A DNA stretch of 64,000 nucleotides from Candidatus Terrybacteria bacterium RIFCSPHIGHO2_01_FULL_48_17 (lineage in GTDB: Bacteria; Patescibacteriota; Minisyncoccia; Terrybacterales; 2-01-FULL-58-14), in the NCBI GenBank assembly GCA_001822835.1, contig MHSS01000002.1:65060-129059 (forward strand), in the 5' to 3' direction. Position 1 is the stretch's first letter. Every line of letters begins with the position of its first letter. Below, in pieces: positions 39,463-49,874 of this stretch. The notes under the pieces are model-generated. The model worked only from the letters and a program-made list of their open reading frames with translations, did no database searches and was not told the DNA's origin. Made by a program: the position numbers and the translations under genes.

Positions 39463-39933
39463 ATGCGCAGGAACCGTAAACTTCATAAAAGAGAACAACT
39501 TGATCGTTTGTATAACTCGCCGCTGGTGGGCAAGCTTATCAATTATGTAATGTACGACGGAAGGCGGCTTACCGCCGAGAGAGTTGTGTATGCGGCGCTT
39601 AAAGAGGCGGCAAAGCGCACGGAGAAAGAGCCGCTTGCGGTATTTGAGGAAGCGCTTAAAAATACGTCCCCCGTGCTTGAGGTGCGCTCACGGCGCGTAG
39701 GGGGCGCAACGTATCAGGTGCCGCGCGAGGTTCGAGGAGAGCGCAGAGTACAATTGTCGCTTCGGTGGATTGTGGCTGCATCCCGCGGACATAAAAAACG
39801 AAAGAATATGGCAGAGGCGTTAGCCGAAGAGTTGGCACTGGCAGCGCAAGGACAGGGAAGTGCGGTGAAAAAGCGGGAGGATATGCATAAAATGGCAGAG
39901 GCGAACAGGGCGTTTGCGCATTTTGCATGGTAG
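39463..39933 (+). CDS. rpsG: 30S ribosomal protein S7
   Basis: SRRVGGATYQVP and HKMAEANRAFAH motifs. Confidence 0.97.
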   Translation: MRRNRKLHKREQLDRLYNSPLVGKLINYVMYDGRRLTAERVVYAALKEAAKRTEKEPLAVFEEALKNTSPVLEVRSRRVGGATYQVPREVRGERRVQLSLRWIVAASRGHKKRKNMAEALAEELALAAQGQGSAVKKREDMHKMAEANRAFAHFAW

Positions 39934-40023
39934 CTTTGGCGCTCGGGTAGCCCGCCTCGCGTCTGCAGGGGACCCTTGCGTTCCCTAAGGCCGCTTCGGC
40001 GTGCCACCGCTCGCGCCAAAGCT
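39932..40023. repeat. structured post-stop element (module W)
   Basis: Rod closed by AGCTTTGGCGC/GCGCCAAAGCT. The core is near-identical to 42463-42547. Confidence 0.85.
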
Positions 40024-40246
40024 CTCTTTATCCGCATGCGCAAGGAGGAGGGGGAGAGAAAAAACTAACTCCACAGCTTCGCTCACGCTCAGCAAGATTT
40101 TCGGGACTTTTCAAAACGCACCCTTCGCGCCTTCTTAATTGGAGGGGTGCGCGGAAGCCGGAAAAGAAAGGGTAAGAAAAACGAAAGTAATCCGCGGTGC
40201 GGATTTTTATTTGGGAAAATTTGACGTATACTGCTTGAAGCGTTAT

Positions 40247-40255
40247 TGTTATAAT
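40247..40255 (+). promoter_or_regulatory. extended -10 promoter upstream of fusA
   Basis: TGtTATAAT, with TTGACG at 40221. Confidence 0.55.
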
Positions 40256-40289
40256 TCGTATATTCGTATTCATTCGTACTTCGTAGTAT
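40254..40289 (+). repeat. 36-nt motif, copy 2 (fusA leader)
   Basis: ATTCGTATATTCGTATTCATTCGTACTTCGTAGTAT, 6 nt before the ATG. Confidence 0.85.
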
Positions 40290-40295
40290 TTATTT

Positions 40296-42419
40296 ATGCC
40301 TCGACAATATCCAATAGAACGTCTTCGCGACATTGGCATCATTGCCCACATTGACGCGGGCAAGACAACCGTAACCGAACGGGTGCTTTTCTATACCGGG
40401 ATTTCTCACAAAATCGGGGAGGTGCATGAAGGGCAGGCCGTTATGGATTGGATGGAACAGGAGCGCGAACGTGGTATTACCATAACATCCGCCGCCACCA
40501 CTTGTTTTTGGATACCGCTTGAGTTTACCGGTCTTGTAGACCAAGCAGCGCGAAAAGCAAAAGAATTTCGGTTCAATATCATCGATACCCCGGGCCACGT
40601 TGACTTTACTATTGAAGTTGAGCGGTCATTGCGCGTGCTTGACGGGGGCGTGGTTGTATTTGATGGAGTTGCGGGGGTGGAGCCGCAGTCGGAAACCGTA
40701 TGGCATCAGGCAGACCGGTATCACGTTCCTCGTATTTGTTTCATTAACAAACTTGATCGCCTCGGGGCTTCATTTGAAAAATCGCTTGCATCAATTCACG
40801 AACGCTTAACCCCCCATGCCGTAGCGTTGCAGCTCCCTATTGGTATTGAGGATTCGTTTTCCGGCGTTGTTGATCTTTTGCTTGAAAAAGCAATTCGTTT
40901 TGAAGGGGAACACGGGGAGAAAGTAGTATATGGGGATATCCCTGAAAACATGAAAGCGGAGGTGCGAAAAGCGCGTGAAGCGCTTATTGAAAAAATTGTT
41001 GAGCATGACGATACGCTCATGGAAAAATATCTAGCAGGAGAGATGCCCTCGGTTGATGAGTTGCGCGCGGTTTTGCGAAAAGCAACCATTACAGGAAAGG
41101 TGATCCCGGTACTATGTGGCTCGGCCTTAAAAAACAAGGGTGTGCAGCCCTTGCTTGATGCGGTGGTTTATTATCTTCCGTCTCCACCCGAGCTTCCACC
41201 GGTTGAGGGTACGCACCCCAAAACCGAAGCGCAGGAAACCCGTGAGCCCGATGACAATATGCCCTTTGCCGCTTTGGCTTTTAAAGTTGCAACGGATCCT
41301 TATGTTGGGCAATTAACTTTCTTCCGTGTATATTCGGGAACCTTAGGTCGAGGATCTTACGTGTTAAATACTACTTCCGGCGAGAAAGAGCGGATTGGTC
41401 GCATTGTGCGCATGCATGCAAATACCCGAGAAGAGGTTGAGGAAATGTTTGCGGGAGATATCGGCGCAATCGTGGGACTCAAAAATACTTCTACCGGAGA
41501 TACGTTGTGTGCGCCAGAAAAACCAATTGTGCTTGAGCGTATTACCATTCCAGAACCCGTAATCTCCGTACGGATTGAACCAAAATCGAAAGCGGATGAA
41601 GAAAAACTTGGGATGGCGCTTCGCCGGCTTGCAGAAGAAGATCCCACGTTTCGTGTTTCCGGTGATCAAGAAACGGGTGATACGATTATTTCTGGAATGG
41701 GGGAGCTTCATCTTGAAATTATTGTCGACAGAATGAAACGCGAATTTTCCGTTGATGCAAATGTCGGCGCGCCACAAGTTGCATACAAAGAAACCGTTTT
41801 AACAACGGCGGAAGCGGAAGGAAAATATATTCGCCAGACGGGCGGGCGCGGGCAATACGGCCATGTATGGCTTCGGGTGGAGCCGACGGAGCGAGGATCG
41901 GGTTTTGAATTTGTTGATGCAATTAGGGGAGGAGTAATTCCTAACGAATTTATCCCTGCAGTTGGCAAGGGCGTGAAGGAGGCAATGGATAAAGGAATTG
42001 TGGCCGGTTACCCGATGGTGGATGCGAAAGTAACGCTTTATGACGGCTCGTACCATGACGTTGATTCTTCAGAGGCCGCGTTTAAAATCGCCGGCTCCAT
42101 GGCATTTCAGGAAGCAGCAAAACGGGCAAAGCCGGTTATGTTGGAACCGGTAATGAGCTTATCGGTGGTGGTACCAGAACAATTTTTGGGCGATATTACG
42201 GGGGATATTTCGTCCAGACGCGGCCGCATTGAGGAGCTTGGCGAGCGCGGACAAATGAAGGAGGTAGATTCAAAAGTGCCCTTGTCTGAAATGTTTGGCT
42301 ATGCCACGCAACTTCGCTCTATGACACAGGGAAGGGGAGCGTTTACCATGGAATTTTCACATTACGAGGAGGTGCCCGGGAATATTGCGCAGGAGATTGC
42401 GGCAGGGAAGCGGAGATAA
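40296..42419 (+). CDS. fusA: elongation factor G
   Basis: [21 protein letters not shown] and GMGELHL motifs. Confidence 0.98.
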   Translation: MPRQYPIERLRDIGIIAHIDAGKTTVTERVLFYTGISHKIGEVHEGQAVMDWMEQERERGITITSAATTCFWIPLEFTGLVDQAARKAKEFRFNIIDTPGHVDFTIEVERSLRVLDGGVVVFDGVAGVEPQSETVWHQADRYHVPRICFINKLDRLGASFEKSLASIHERLTPHAVALQLPIGIEDSFSGVVDLLLEKAIRFEGEHGEKVVYGDIPENMKAEVRKAREALIEKIVEHDDTLMEKYLAGEMPSVDELRAVLRKATITGKVIPVLCGSALKNKGVQPLLDAVVYYLPSPPELPPVEGTHPKTEAQETREPDDNMPFAALAFKVATDPYVGQLTFFRVYSGTLGRGSYVLNTTSGEKERIGRIVRMHANTREEVEEMFAGDIGAIVGLKNTSTGDTLCAPEKPIVLERITIPEPVISVRIEPKSKADEEKLGMALRRLAEEDPTFRVSGDQETGDTIISGMGELHLEIIVDRMKREFSVDANVGAPQVAYKETVLTTAEAEGKYIRQTGGRGQYGHVWLRVEPTERGSGFEFVDAIRGGVIPNEFIPAVGKGVKEAMDKGIVAGYPMVDAKVTLYDGSYHDVDSSEAAFKIAGSMAFQEAAKRAKPVMLEPVMSLSVVVPEQFLGDITGDISSRRGRIEELGERGQMKEVDSKVPLSEMFGYATQLRSMTQGRGAFTMEFSHYEEVPGNIAQEIAAGKRR

Positions 42420-42420
42420 T

Positions 42421-42589
42421 GCTCGCGATAGCGCTTTTCGCTTTCTTCGGCTTGTCGATTTCTTGGGCGCTCGGGTAACCCGCCTCACGTCTGCAGGGTA
42501 CCCTTCCGTTCCCTAAGGCCGCTTGGCGGGCCACCGCTCGCGCCCAACAATTTTTGACCTCGTAACCCGCTCAAATCACTATCGCTCGC
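42421..42589. repeat. structured post-stop element (layer X enclosing module W)
   Basis: CTCGCG..TTTTCGCTTTC ... TCGTAACCCGCTCAAA..CGCTCGC as at 5059, enclosing the module seen after rpsG. Confidence 0.85.
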
Positions 42590-42763
42590 TAGAGAAATCG
42601 AGACGCTTTTCAAAACGCATCTTCTCGCGCCTAAGAATGAGGGAGGAAAAAAGAAGCCGCCGGTGGGCGGCTGTTGTTATCCCGAGCCGGGTCGAAGGAT
42701 TGATTTTTTTGATAGAAATGGTATATGATTTTTGCACGTTTAGAATTCGAAAAGGAGGATGTT

Positions 42764-43480
42764 ATGACTGCCCCGAATATCTATCTTCGCGCATGGTATG
42801 CGCGATACGGTTTCTCCGATGCCGAATCGTTTCGAGATGCTCTTCTTTCTTCTTTCTCGGGCGCGCCTCTTTTGTCACAGTTTCAGGAAAGGAAAATCGT
42901 GTTATTCCGCAGAACCCGAATATCGCATTTCGCCTTACTTGATGTCTATGACGATGGGTTTCATATTTTATTGAATCGAGAAAGAAGCGTACGCCAGTGG
43001 CTTGTTGACATCGGACACGAGCTTATTCATACGTTTCATTATGATCTTTCGACTCTTCCGCCAGTAAATCTGTTTCGAAAGATGTTCGGGGATCCCGATC
43101 CCGCGCTTGAATATTTTTGTGATTCTGTGGCACGCCGGTGGTTGTTGCAAGATCGGAACGCACGGGCATTGGTTGCACTCTTACGGTCGCAAAGATGGCA
43201 GGGCGAGGTGTTGTGGATTCCAAAACCGCTCCATATGGGCGGTTTCCCCTTTTTATGTATATATTGTAAGGGCTTGACGGATTGTTTTGCCTTGACTATT
43301 ATAATGGTTGCGCTGTATAACAGTGAAGTTAGCTTTATTAATGAAATCCCTCGATTGCGCAGTGATTGCAAAAGGAAGTCCCTCGTTTTGCTTGGGGATC
43401 TACTTTCGCAGCCACTCGCGAAGCTCGCGGGCGAAAGTAACATATGGCAGGAAAATTTGAACGCACCAAACCTCACGTAA
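42764..43480 (+). CDS. HExxH (ImmA/IrrE-like) metallopeptidase-like protein between fusA and tuf
   Basis: AAGGAGG SD and ILLNR......W...IGHELIH...E.FCD..A...L. The C-terminal extent is doubtful. Confidence 0.6.
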   Translation: MTAPNIYLRAWYARYGFSDAESFRDALLSSFSGAPLLSQFQERKIVLFRRTRISHFALLDVYDDGFHILLNRERSVRQWLVDIGHELIHTFHYDLSTLPPVNLFRKMFGDPDPALEYFCDSVARRWLLQDRNARALVALLRSQRWQGEVLWIPKPLHMGGFPFLCIYCKGLTDCFALTIIMVALYNSEVSFINEIPRLRSDCKRKSLVLLGDLLSQPLAKLAGESNIWQENLNAPNLT

Positions 43481-44637
43481 ACGTAGGAACTGTTGGTCAC
43501 GTTGACCACGGCAAGACCACCCTGACTGCGGCAATCATGCACGGCCTGAAACTTAAAGGTCTTATTGACACCGCAGAATCGGTCGACCAGATCGATAATG
43601 CTCCCGAAGAGAAGGCGCGTGGTATTACCATAGCCCTTCACCACTCCGAATACGAAACAGAAAAGCGTCACTATGCACACATCGATGCTCCCGGACACGC
43701 CGACTATATTAAAAACATGATTACGGGGGCAGCCCAAATGGACGGTGCGGTTTTGGTGGTTTCTGCAGCCGACGGCCCGATGCCCCAGACGCGCGAACAT
43801 ATTCTTTTGGCGCGGCAGGTGGGAGTTCCTAAAATTATCGTCTTTTTGAATAAAGTTGACGCGGTTGACGATCCTGAATTTATTGATATTGCAGAATCGG
43901 AAGTGCGGGACCTTTTGAAAAAATATGAGTATCCTGGCGATGAAATTCCTGTGGTTAGGGGATCGGCGCTCAAAGCCCTTGAGGCAAAATCCGCGGATGA
44001 CGAGGCGGTAAAACCCATTTTTGAGCTTTTGGCAAAATTGGATGAGTATATTCCGGAACCGCAAAGAGATATCGACAAACCTTTCTTGATGCCCGTTGAG
44101 GATATTTTTTCCATTGAGGGTCGCGGAACAGTGGTTACCGGAAGGATCGAACGCGGGCTTATTAAGCTTAATGATGAGATAGAAGTCATTGGATTGCGGC
44201 CAACGCAAAAGACCGTGATTACGGGTATTGAGATGTTCCGCAAGAGCTTGGACGAAGGCCGGGCAGGGGATAATGCCGGACTCCTTTTACGAGGCCTTAA
44301 GAAGGAGGATGTCGAGCGCGGGCAGGTCCTTGCAAAGCCAGGAAGCGTTACCCCGCATACTGAATTTGAGTGCGAACTTTATGTGTTAACAAAAGATGAA
44401 GGCGGCCGCCATACGCCCTTCTTTACCGGTTACAAACCCCAGTTTTATATCCGAACGTGTGACGTGACTGGAGAGGTTACGCTTCCGGAGGGCACAGAAA
44501 TGGTGATGCCAGGAGATACGGTGTCGGTGAAATCGAAATTAATGGCTCCGGTTGCGCTGGAGGAGAAACAGCGGTTTGCGGTGCGCGAAGGCGGACGAAC
44601 TGTTGGTGCAGGAGTGGTTACAAAAATTATTCAATAA
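43444..44637 (+). CDS. tuf: elongation factor Tu
   Basis: [21 protein letters not shown] and REGGRTVG motifs. Confidence 0.98.
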   Translation: MAGKFERTKPHVNVGTVGHVDHGKTTLTAAIMHGLKLKGLIDTAESVDQIDNAPEEKARGITIALHHSEYETEKRHYAHIDAPGHADYIKNMITGAAQMDGAVLVVSAADGPMPQTREHILLARQVGVPKIIVFLNKVDAVDDPEFIDIAESEVRDLLKKYEYPGDEIPVVRGSALKALEAKSADDEAVKPIFELLAKLDEYIPEPQRDIDKPFLMPVEDIFSIEGRGTVVTGRIERGLIKLNDEIEVIGLRPTQKTVITGIEMFRKSLDEGRAGDNAGLLLRGLKKEDVERGQVLAKPGSVTPHTEFECELYVLTKDEGGRHTPFFTGYKPQFYIRTCDVTGEVTLPEGTEMVMPGDTVSVKSKLMAPVALEEKQRFAVREGGRTVGAGVVTKIIQ

Positions 44638-44711
44638 TACACACCATTGATTTGCGCTAGGGTGATAACGGGGCGCGCTGTTCTTTGAGGTGATATTTTA
44701 TCCGTTTTTAC

Positions 44712-45074
44712 ATGGCCGATGCTCCCTTAAAGGAAAAGAAAACAAAAGCGGTGCCGGAGATCGAAACGACACCAAAGCTACGTATTAAAGTTCGGGCATA
44801 CGACCATAAGGTTTTGGACAATTCGTGCCGACAAATTGTGGAAACGGCGTTGCGCGCAAATGCGGAAGTATATGGTCCGGTACCTTTACCCACGGAGTTT
44901 CATCGTTACACCGTAAACCGTTCCACGTTTGTGCACAAAGATGCACAGGAGCAATTCGAAATTCGTGTTCATCGTCGCCTCATTGATATCGTAAACCCTT
45001 CCCAGAAACTTATCGATGCGCTCACCAATTTGACCTTGCCAACCGGTGTTGATGTTGAGATAAAGGCCGTTTAA
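44712..45074 (+). CDS. rpsJ: 30S ribosomal protein S10
   Basis: [16 protein letters not shown] and EQFE.R.HRRLIDI motifs. Confidence 0.96.
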   Translation: MADAPLKEKKTKAVPEIETTPKLRIKVRAYDHKVLDNSCRQIVETALRANAEVYGPVPLPTEFHRYTVNRSTFVHKDAQEQFEIRVHRRLIDIVNPSQKLIDALTNLTLPTGVDVEIKAV

Positions 45075-45178
45075 GTATTTCTTTTAGAAACATGCGAATG
45101 AACTAGTATGCACTGTTGAGTCGCGAGAGCCAGGCCCGCTCCGGCGGGCTTTCTTTATGCCCGCGGCATTTAAACATT

Positions 45179-45781
45179 ATGAAATTTCTTTTAGGAACGA
45201 AAATAGGAATGAGCCAAACATGGAAAACGGATGGGGGCGTAGTTCCGCTTACCGTTATTCAGGCGGGGCCCATGGTGGTTACTCAAAAAAAGACATCAGA
45301 AAGGGATGGTTATGAAGCCATACAAGTATCCCTTGGCAAAAGAAAACGGCTTAAGAAGCCGCAACAAGGACATCTGAAGAAGGGCAAAACTGATACCGCA
45401 CGCTGGTTGCGCGAAGCTCGCGGGGCATGGAACGTAGAGTCAGGGGCCGTTATTGATGTATCCGTATTTGTTCCAGGTGATATTGTTAAGGTTTCCGGCA
45501 TTTCCAAAGGGAAGGGTTTTCAGGGAGGTGTAAAGCGACATGGTTTTCATGGGGCTTCGGCAACGCATGGTACCAAACATGCGCATAGACAGCCCGGATC
45601 TATTGGATCTTCTTGGCCCGAGCGAGTGCGAAAGGGAAAGAGAATGGCAGGAAGGATGGGGCATGAGCGGGTTACGGTGAAAAACCTAGAAGTGGTGAGT
45701 GTGGACAAAGAGAAAAATTTGTTGGCGGTGAAAGGAGCGGTGCCTGGTGCACGGGGAACGTTGCTTGAGATACGGGGCTAG
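45179..45781 (+). CDS. rplC: 50S ribosomal protein L3
   Basis: KIGMSQ, SKGKGFQG and R.PGSIG motifs. Confidence 0.96.
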   Translation: MKFLLGTKIGMSQTWKTDGGVVPLTVIQAGPMVVTQKKTSERDGYEAIQVSLGKRKRLKKPQQGHLKKGKTDTARWLREARGAWNVESGAVIDVSVFVPGDIVKVSGISKGKGFQGGVKRHGFHGASATHGTKHAHRQPGSIGSSWPERVRKGKRMAGRMGHERVTVKNLEVVSVDKEKNLLAVKGAVPGARGTLLEIRG

Positions 45782-45950
45782 ATCGGATGCTTGGGATGCG
45801 TCTCGAAAAGACGTGTCGCGCGCCCAGCGAGGCGCGCGCACTCTCGCTCGGCGTTGTTCTCCCGCCAACGATTAAACTTTTAGGGAAGGCGGGAACCATG
45901 CCCGCAACGCCTCCGCGAAGCTTTTCTCAACACATCCCAAGCATCTGACG
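45782..45950. repeat. structured post-stop element (own outer stem + layer Z)
   Basis: Outer stem GATGCTTGGGATG/CATCCCAAGCATC, hairpin CGCGCGCC-CAGCGA-GGCGCGCG, and an ACCATGCCCGC motif. Confidence 0.85.
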
Positions 45951-45984
45951 AGATTTTCATTTTGTCAAAGTGGCGTGAAAAAAG

Positions 45985-46020
45985 ATTCGTATATTCTTAT
46001 CGATTCGTACTTCGTAGTAT
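45985..46020 (+). repeat. 36-nt motif, copy 3 (rplD leader)
   Basis: ATTCGTATATTCTTATCGATTCGTACTTCGTAGTAT, 3 nt before the ATG. Confidence 0.85.
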
Positions 46021-46023
46021 TTT

Positions 46024-46677
46024 ATGAAGGTTAAGGTTTATACCAAAGAAGGAAAACAGAACGGCACCGTTGAGCTGCCGGATTCTGTGTTTGGCGTTCC
46101 CATGAACAATGATTTGTTACATCAGGCAATGAGCGTTATGCTTTCGCGAAGGCGTCAGCCGCGTGCGCATACCAAAACCAGAGAAGAGGTGCGGGGCGGT
46201 GGGCGTAAGCCCTGGCGTCAAAAAGGAACTGGGTTTGCGCGGCATGGTTCGCGCCGCTCGCCCATTTGGAAGGGCGGTGGTGTAACGTTTGGCCCACGCA
46301 AAGATAAAAGATTTGCAAAACGAATTCCCGATGCCATGAAGAAAAAAGCATTGGCCGTTGCATTGTCTCAAAAAGCACGAGACGAGGAGCTTGCCGTTAT
46401 TGAAAAGATTTCCGTATCGCAGCCAAAAACAAAAGAAGCGGCATTGCTTCTTACCACGCTTCTCGCGTCAATTTTTAAAGTAGAAAAGAAAGCAAAAAAA
46501 CCATCGGTGCTTATTGCTTTTGCGAAAGAAAATCAGGGGCAGGCATTCCGTGCAGTGCGTAATATACCCTATGCCCAAGCATTCCGTCCGGAAAATCTCA
46601 ATCTTCTTGAGGTGCTGGAATATCGCTATATTTTAATCCCAAAAGAAACAGTGGATGATTTGGTGAAACGTTTTTAA
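46024..46677 (+). CDS. rplD: 50S ribosomal protein L4
   Basis: KPWRQKGTG.ARHGS.RSP.W.GGG..FGP motif. Confidence 0.96.
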   Translation: MKVKVYTKEGKQNGTVELPDSVFGVPMNNDLLHQAMSVMLSRRRQPRAHTKTREEVRGGGRKPWRQKGTGFARHGSRRSPIWKGGGVTFGPRKDKRFAKRIPDAMKKKALAVALSQKARDEELAVIEKISVSQPKTKEAALLLTTLLASIFKVEKKAKKPSVLIAFAKENQGQAFRAVRNIPYAQAFRPENLNLLEVLEYRYILIPKETVDDLVKRF

Positions 46678-46709
46678 GCTTTTGCCATTTATCATTTATC
46701 TTCCTTGTT

Positions 46710-47099
46710 ATGAGTCCTTTACTGCCTTTTCGTAAGGCAAAAGAGAAAAAGAGGAAACCAAGACAGGTGGAGCAGAGCAAAGAAAAGCAAGAGCCATCAG
46801 AGACAAAGATGGGCGGCACGACAGCCCATGGGATTTTATTGTCTCCGCATGTTACGGAAAAGGCGGGAAGGATAGAAGGGTTGAATCAATATATGTTTCG
46901 CATTGCGCGTGGGGCAAAAAAATCAGAGGTTCTTCAGGCAGTTTCGCAAATATACGGTGTGCGGCCCACCCGGATAAATATTATCAATCTTCCTGGAAAG
47001 TCCCGCAGGCGCGGCTCGTTTATTGGCAAAAAAAGTGGAAAGCGAAAAGCGATTGTTACTTTACCCGAGGGGAAAACCATTGAAGTATTACCGAAATAA
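46710..47099 (+). CDS. rplW: 50S ribosomal protein L23 (N-terminal extension)
   Basis: PHVTEKA and KAIVTL motifs, plus operon position. Confidence 0.92.
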   Translation: MSPLLPFRKAKEKKRKPRQVEQSKEKQEPSETKMGGTTAHGILLSPHVTEKAGRIEGLNQYMFRIARGAKKSEVLQAVSQIYGVRPTRINIINLPGKSRRRGSFIGKKSGKRKAIVTLPEGKTIEVLPK

Positions 47100-47121
47100 A
47101 CGACATACATAAGGTAAAGAT

Positions 47122-47952
47122 ATGAAAATCTATAAACCTACCTCACCGGGCCGCAGAGGAATGTCTATAGTTGATTTTTCTCACATTGCCAAAAAAGACC
47201 CAGAAAAACGTTTGTCCTCTGGGAAAAAACGTTCGGGCGGTCGTAATTTTCAAGGGCGTATCACTTCCCGTTTCCGCGGTGGCGGTGCCAGGCGCATTTT
47301 TCGAAAAATCGATTTTGGGCAATCCAAACGCGACGTTCCCGGAACCGTACGTTCGATCGAATACGATCCGAATCGCTCGGCCTTTGTGGCTCTGGTTTCA
47401 TTTCGCGATGGCGATTGGCGTTATATTCTTGCACCACATGGTCTGCGTTCCGGTGACGAAGTATATATTGGGGAGCGCGCGCCCATTCGTGTGGGATCTA
47501 GGATGTTGCTCAAAAACATTCCGCCCGGAACCCAAGTGCATAATATTGCTTTGGTTGTCCAAGGTCCCGGGAAACTTGTTCGTTCAGCGGGTGCCGCCGC
47601 CATTGTGCTATCGCATGAAGGCCGTTATACTCAATGCACGATGCCTTCGCGGGAGATCCGATTGTTTCCGACAGAAGCATTTGCTTCCGTCGGTTCTGTT
47701 TCAAACGCCGAATGGAGTTCGACGACGATCGGAAAAGCAGGACGTTCGCGACTTCGGGGAAGAAGGCCACACGTACGCGGATCTGCTATGAATCCGGTTG
47801 ATCATCCGCATGGAGGTGGCGAGGGACGAGCGCCCATAGGACTCAAGCACCCGAAAACTCCTTGGGGCAAACCGGCATTGGGTGTGAAAACAAGAAAAAG
47901 ATATAAACCCTCCAACGCTTTCATTGTACAGAGGAGAACTAAGAAGAAGTAA
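47122..47952 (+). CDS. rplB: 50S ribosomal protein L2
   Basis: EYDPNRSA and [17 protein letters not shown] motifs. Confidence 0.97.
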   Translation: MKIYKPTSPGRRGMSIVDFSHIAKKDPEKRLSSGKKRSGGRNFQGRITSRFRGGGARRIFRKIDFGQSKRDVPGTVRSIEYDPNRSAFVALVSFRDGDWRYILAPHGLRSGDEVYIGERAPIRVGSRMLLKNIPPGTQVHNIALVVQGPGKLVRSAGAAAIVLSHEGRYTQCTMPSREIRLFPTEAFASVGSVSNAEWSSTTIGKAGRSRLRGRRPHVRGSAMNPVDHPHGGGEGRAPIGLKHPKTPWGKPALGVKTRKRYKPSNAFIVQRRTKKK

Positions 47953-47963
47953 AACATCATAGT

Positions 47964-48266
47964 ATGTCCAGATCACTCAAGAAGGGTCCATACACAGACC
48001 AAAAACTTCTCAAGAAGCTTCAGGCCTTAAAGCCGGGTGCTAAGGCGGTGGTAAAAACATGGTCGCGTGCTTCGGTGATTACGCCAGACATGGTAGGTTT
48101 TACGATAGCGGTTCACAATGGAAAACAACACATTCCCGTTCAAATAGCAGAAGATATGGTGGGTTTTCGATTAGGAGAATTTGCGCCGACCAGAAAATTT
48201 GTAAGGCACGGTGGGAAGCTTCAGCGCGAGGTTGAATCCAAAGGGCAACAACCAGCCCAAAGCTAA
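47964..48266 (+). CDS. rpsS: 30S ribosomal protein S19
   Basis: RSLKKGP, VHNGK and LGEFAPTR motifs. Confidence 0.96.
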   Translation: MSRSLKKGPYTDQKLLKKLQALKPGAKAVVKTWSRASVITPDMVGFTIAVHNGKQHIPVQIAEDMVGFRLGEFAPTRKFVRHGGKLQREVESKGQQPAQS

Positions 48267-48285
48267 CCGATTTTTTTAAGAACCT

Positions 48286-48777
48286 ATGCAAGCATCAGCC
48301 ACGCTTCGCCATCTGCGCATAAGTCCACGCAAGGTCCGTTTGATCGCGCGGGAGCTTGGGGGAAAGCAGTTTTTCCATGCGGAAGCACTGCTTGAGCTTT
48401 TGCCACACCGGGCAACAAAACCATTGGTAAAGTTACTTCGTTCTGCCGCGGCAAATGCTGAAGCGCAGGGTGTTGGCGAAAAACAAGTATTGCGCGTGAA
48501 GGGCGTTATGGTAAACCAAGGAAGAACGATTCAACGTTTTCGTCCCCGCTCACGCGGCATGGCGCACCCTATCGCCCGTAGGTCCTCTCATATAACCATT
48601 GTGCTTGAAGGCCCGGGTGGCGTTCCCAAACGCAAACGCGCAAAACAAGAAACAACGACGGAAAGCTCCGACACGCGCGATAGGCCACACCCAACGGCGC
48701 GGACGAAACAGGATCTTCCTACACCACGCAAATTAGTTGATGTAGGAAAACGCGTTTTCCGCAGGAAATCCATCTAA
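48286..48777 (+). CDS. rplV: 50S ribosomal protein L22 (C-terminal extension)
   Basis: RISPRKVRL, SAAANAE and RSSHITIVL motifs. Confidence 0.94.
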   Translation: MQASATLRHLRISPRKVRLIARELGGKQFFHAEALLELLPHRATKPLVKLLRSAAANAEAQGVGEKQVLRVKGVMVNQGRTIQRFRPRSRGMAHPIARRSSHITIVLEGPGGVPKRKRAKQETTTESSDTRDRPHPTARTKQDLPTPRKLVDVGKRVFRRKSI

Positions 48778-48887
48778 GGAACGAAATTCGAAATTTGAGA
48801 TATTGAAACACAAAACAATAGCTAATGGTTGCAGTTTAAAATTTTTGAATGTTTAGGATTTAGAGTTTCTTTCGCTAAGTTAAAGGT

Positions 48888-49562
48888 ATGGGACAAAAAA
48901 CACATCCAATGGCGTTGCGCATCGGTATCTTTAGGGGATGGGCCTCAAAGTGGTTCGCTCTTGATTACAAAGAACGGTTACGTGAAGATATTTTACTTCG
49001 CGAGTGGCTTCGTAAGCGACTTCGCCGTTCCTTTGTAAATGAAATCCTCATTGATCGTTCCGGCGCAACCATAAAGGTTCATATTTCCACTTCTCGACCG
49101 GGAATGCTTATTGGGCGCGGGGGAGCTGGAATTGAAGAACTAAAACGAACAGTATTAAAAAAGCTCGAGGAGTTGCGAAAACAAAAAGTAAATCCGGTGG
49201 ATATCCGTATTGAGGTACAAGAAGCTCGAAACGCCGACAGCCAAGCAGCGTTGGTCGCGCAAAGCGTTGCAGAACAGCTTGAGCGACGTTTGCCATTTCG
49301 CCGTGTGTTAAAACGCACTCTTGAACGTACCATGGCTTCTCCTGGAGTCGGTGGTGCACGAATTGCTATTGCGGGGCGTTTAGGAGGATCTGAAATGTCG
49401 CGGCGTGAGTGGATTGCCGATGGTAAAGTTCCACTTCATACTTTTCGGGCAGATGTTGATTTTGCTCAAGAGACGGCGTATACCACGTGGGGAACTATCG
49501 GTGTGAAAGTATGGCTCTATAAAGGAGAAGTGTTTAAAGAGAAAGAAGAAACTACCGATTGA
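48888..49562 (+). CDS. rpsC: 30S ribosomal protein S3
   Basis: MGQK.HP, RPGMLIG and GRLGG.E motifs. Confidence 0.96.
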   Translation: MGQKTHPMALRIGIFRGWASKWFALDYKERLREDILLREWLRKRLRRSFVNEILIDRSGATIKVHISTSRPGMLIGRGGAGIEELKRTVLKKLEELRKQKVNPVDIRIEVQEARNADSQAALVAQSVAEQLERRLPFRRVLKRTLERTMASPGVGGARIAIAGRLGGSEMSRREWIADGKVPLHTFRADVDFAQETAYTTWGTIGVKVWLYKGEVFKEKEETTD

Positions 49563-49656
49563 TTTAATTTCTAATTAACCTAATTGACCTAAGTGTTTAT
49601 GTGGTTTTGAATTAGTCATTCATTAGATCAATTAGAGATTAGAGCAATTAGACATT
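49563..49656. repeat. CTAATT-type degenerate arrays in inverted arrangement
   Basis: TAATTTCTAATTAACCTAATTGACCTAA ... TTAGATCAATTAGAGATTAGAGCAATTAG. A related array lies at 61682-61746. Confidence 0.65.
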
Positions 49657-49665
49657 TTTACGGTT

Positions 49666-49693
49666 ATGCTAATTCCCAAGAAAGTAAAACATC
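49666..49693 (+). pseudogene. duplicated, diverged first 9 codons of rplP
   Basis: MLIPKKVKH versus MLMPKKVKH. 23/28 nt identical, with all 5 differences at third codon positions. Confidence 0.85.
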
Positions 49694-49874
49694 TCAAGTC
49701 GCCCGCCTCGGGCGGGCTCTCAAGAAACCCTCGGTTTCTTGCGCTCGCCTTCGGCTCGCTGGTTTCCGATACGGGAAACTTCCGTTTTCCGACCCTTTCC
49801 CGATTTTCAATGTTTTACTTTTTGCCCGGACAACATGTTTGCATGAAAAAATATAAGGTTATGGTTTTTGCGCT

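Noticed and set aside
43039-44208. 389-aa antisense ORF over tuf and similar long shadow ORFs (33552-34244+, 47171-47791+)
   Set aside because: They overlap highly conserved genes and show no recognisable motifs, so they are probably codon-bias shadows.
37930-46020. CRISPR repeat (36-nt length)
   Set aside because: Copies are kilobases apart with no spacer periodicity and no cas genes.
49694-49874. Self-splicing intron in rplP
   Set aside because: The downstream rplP copy is complete with its own ATG, and no group I or II core motifs were seen.
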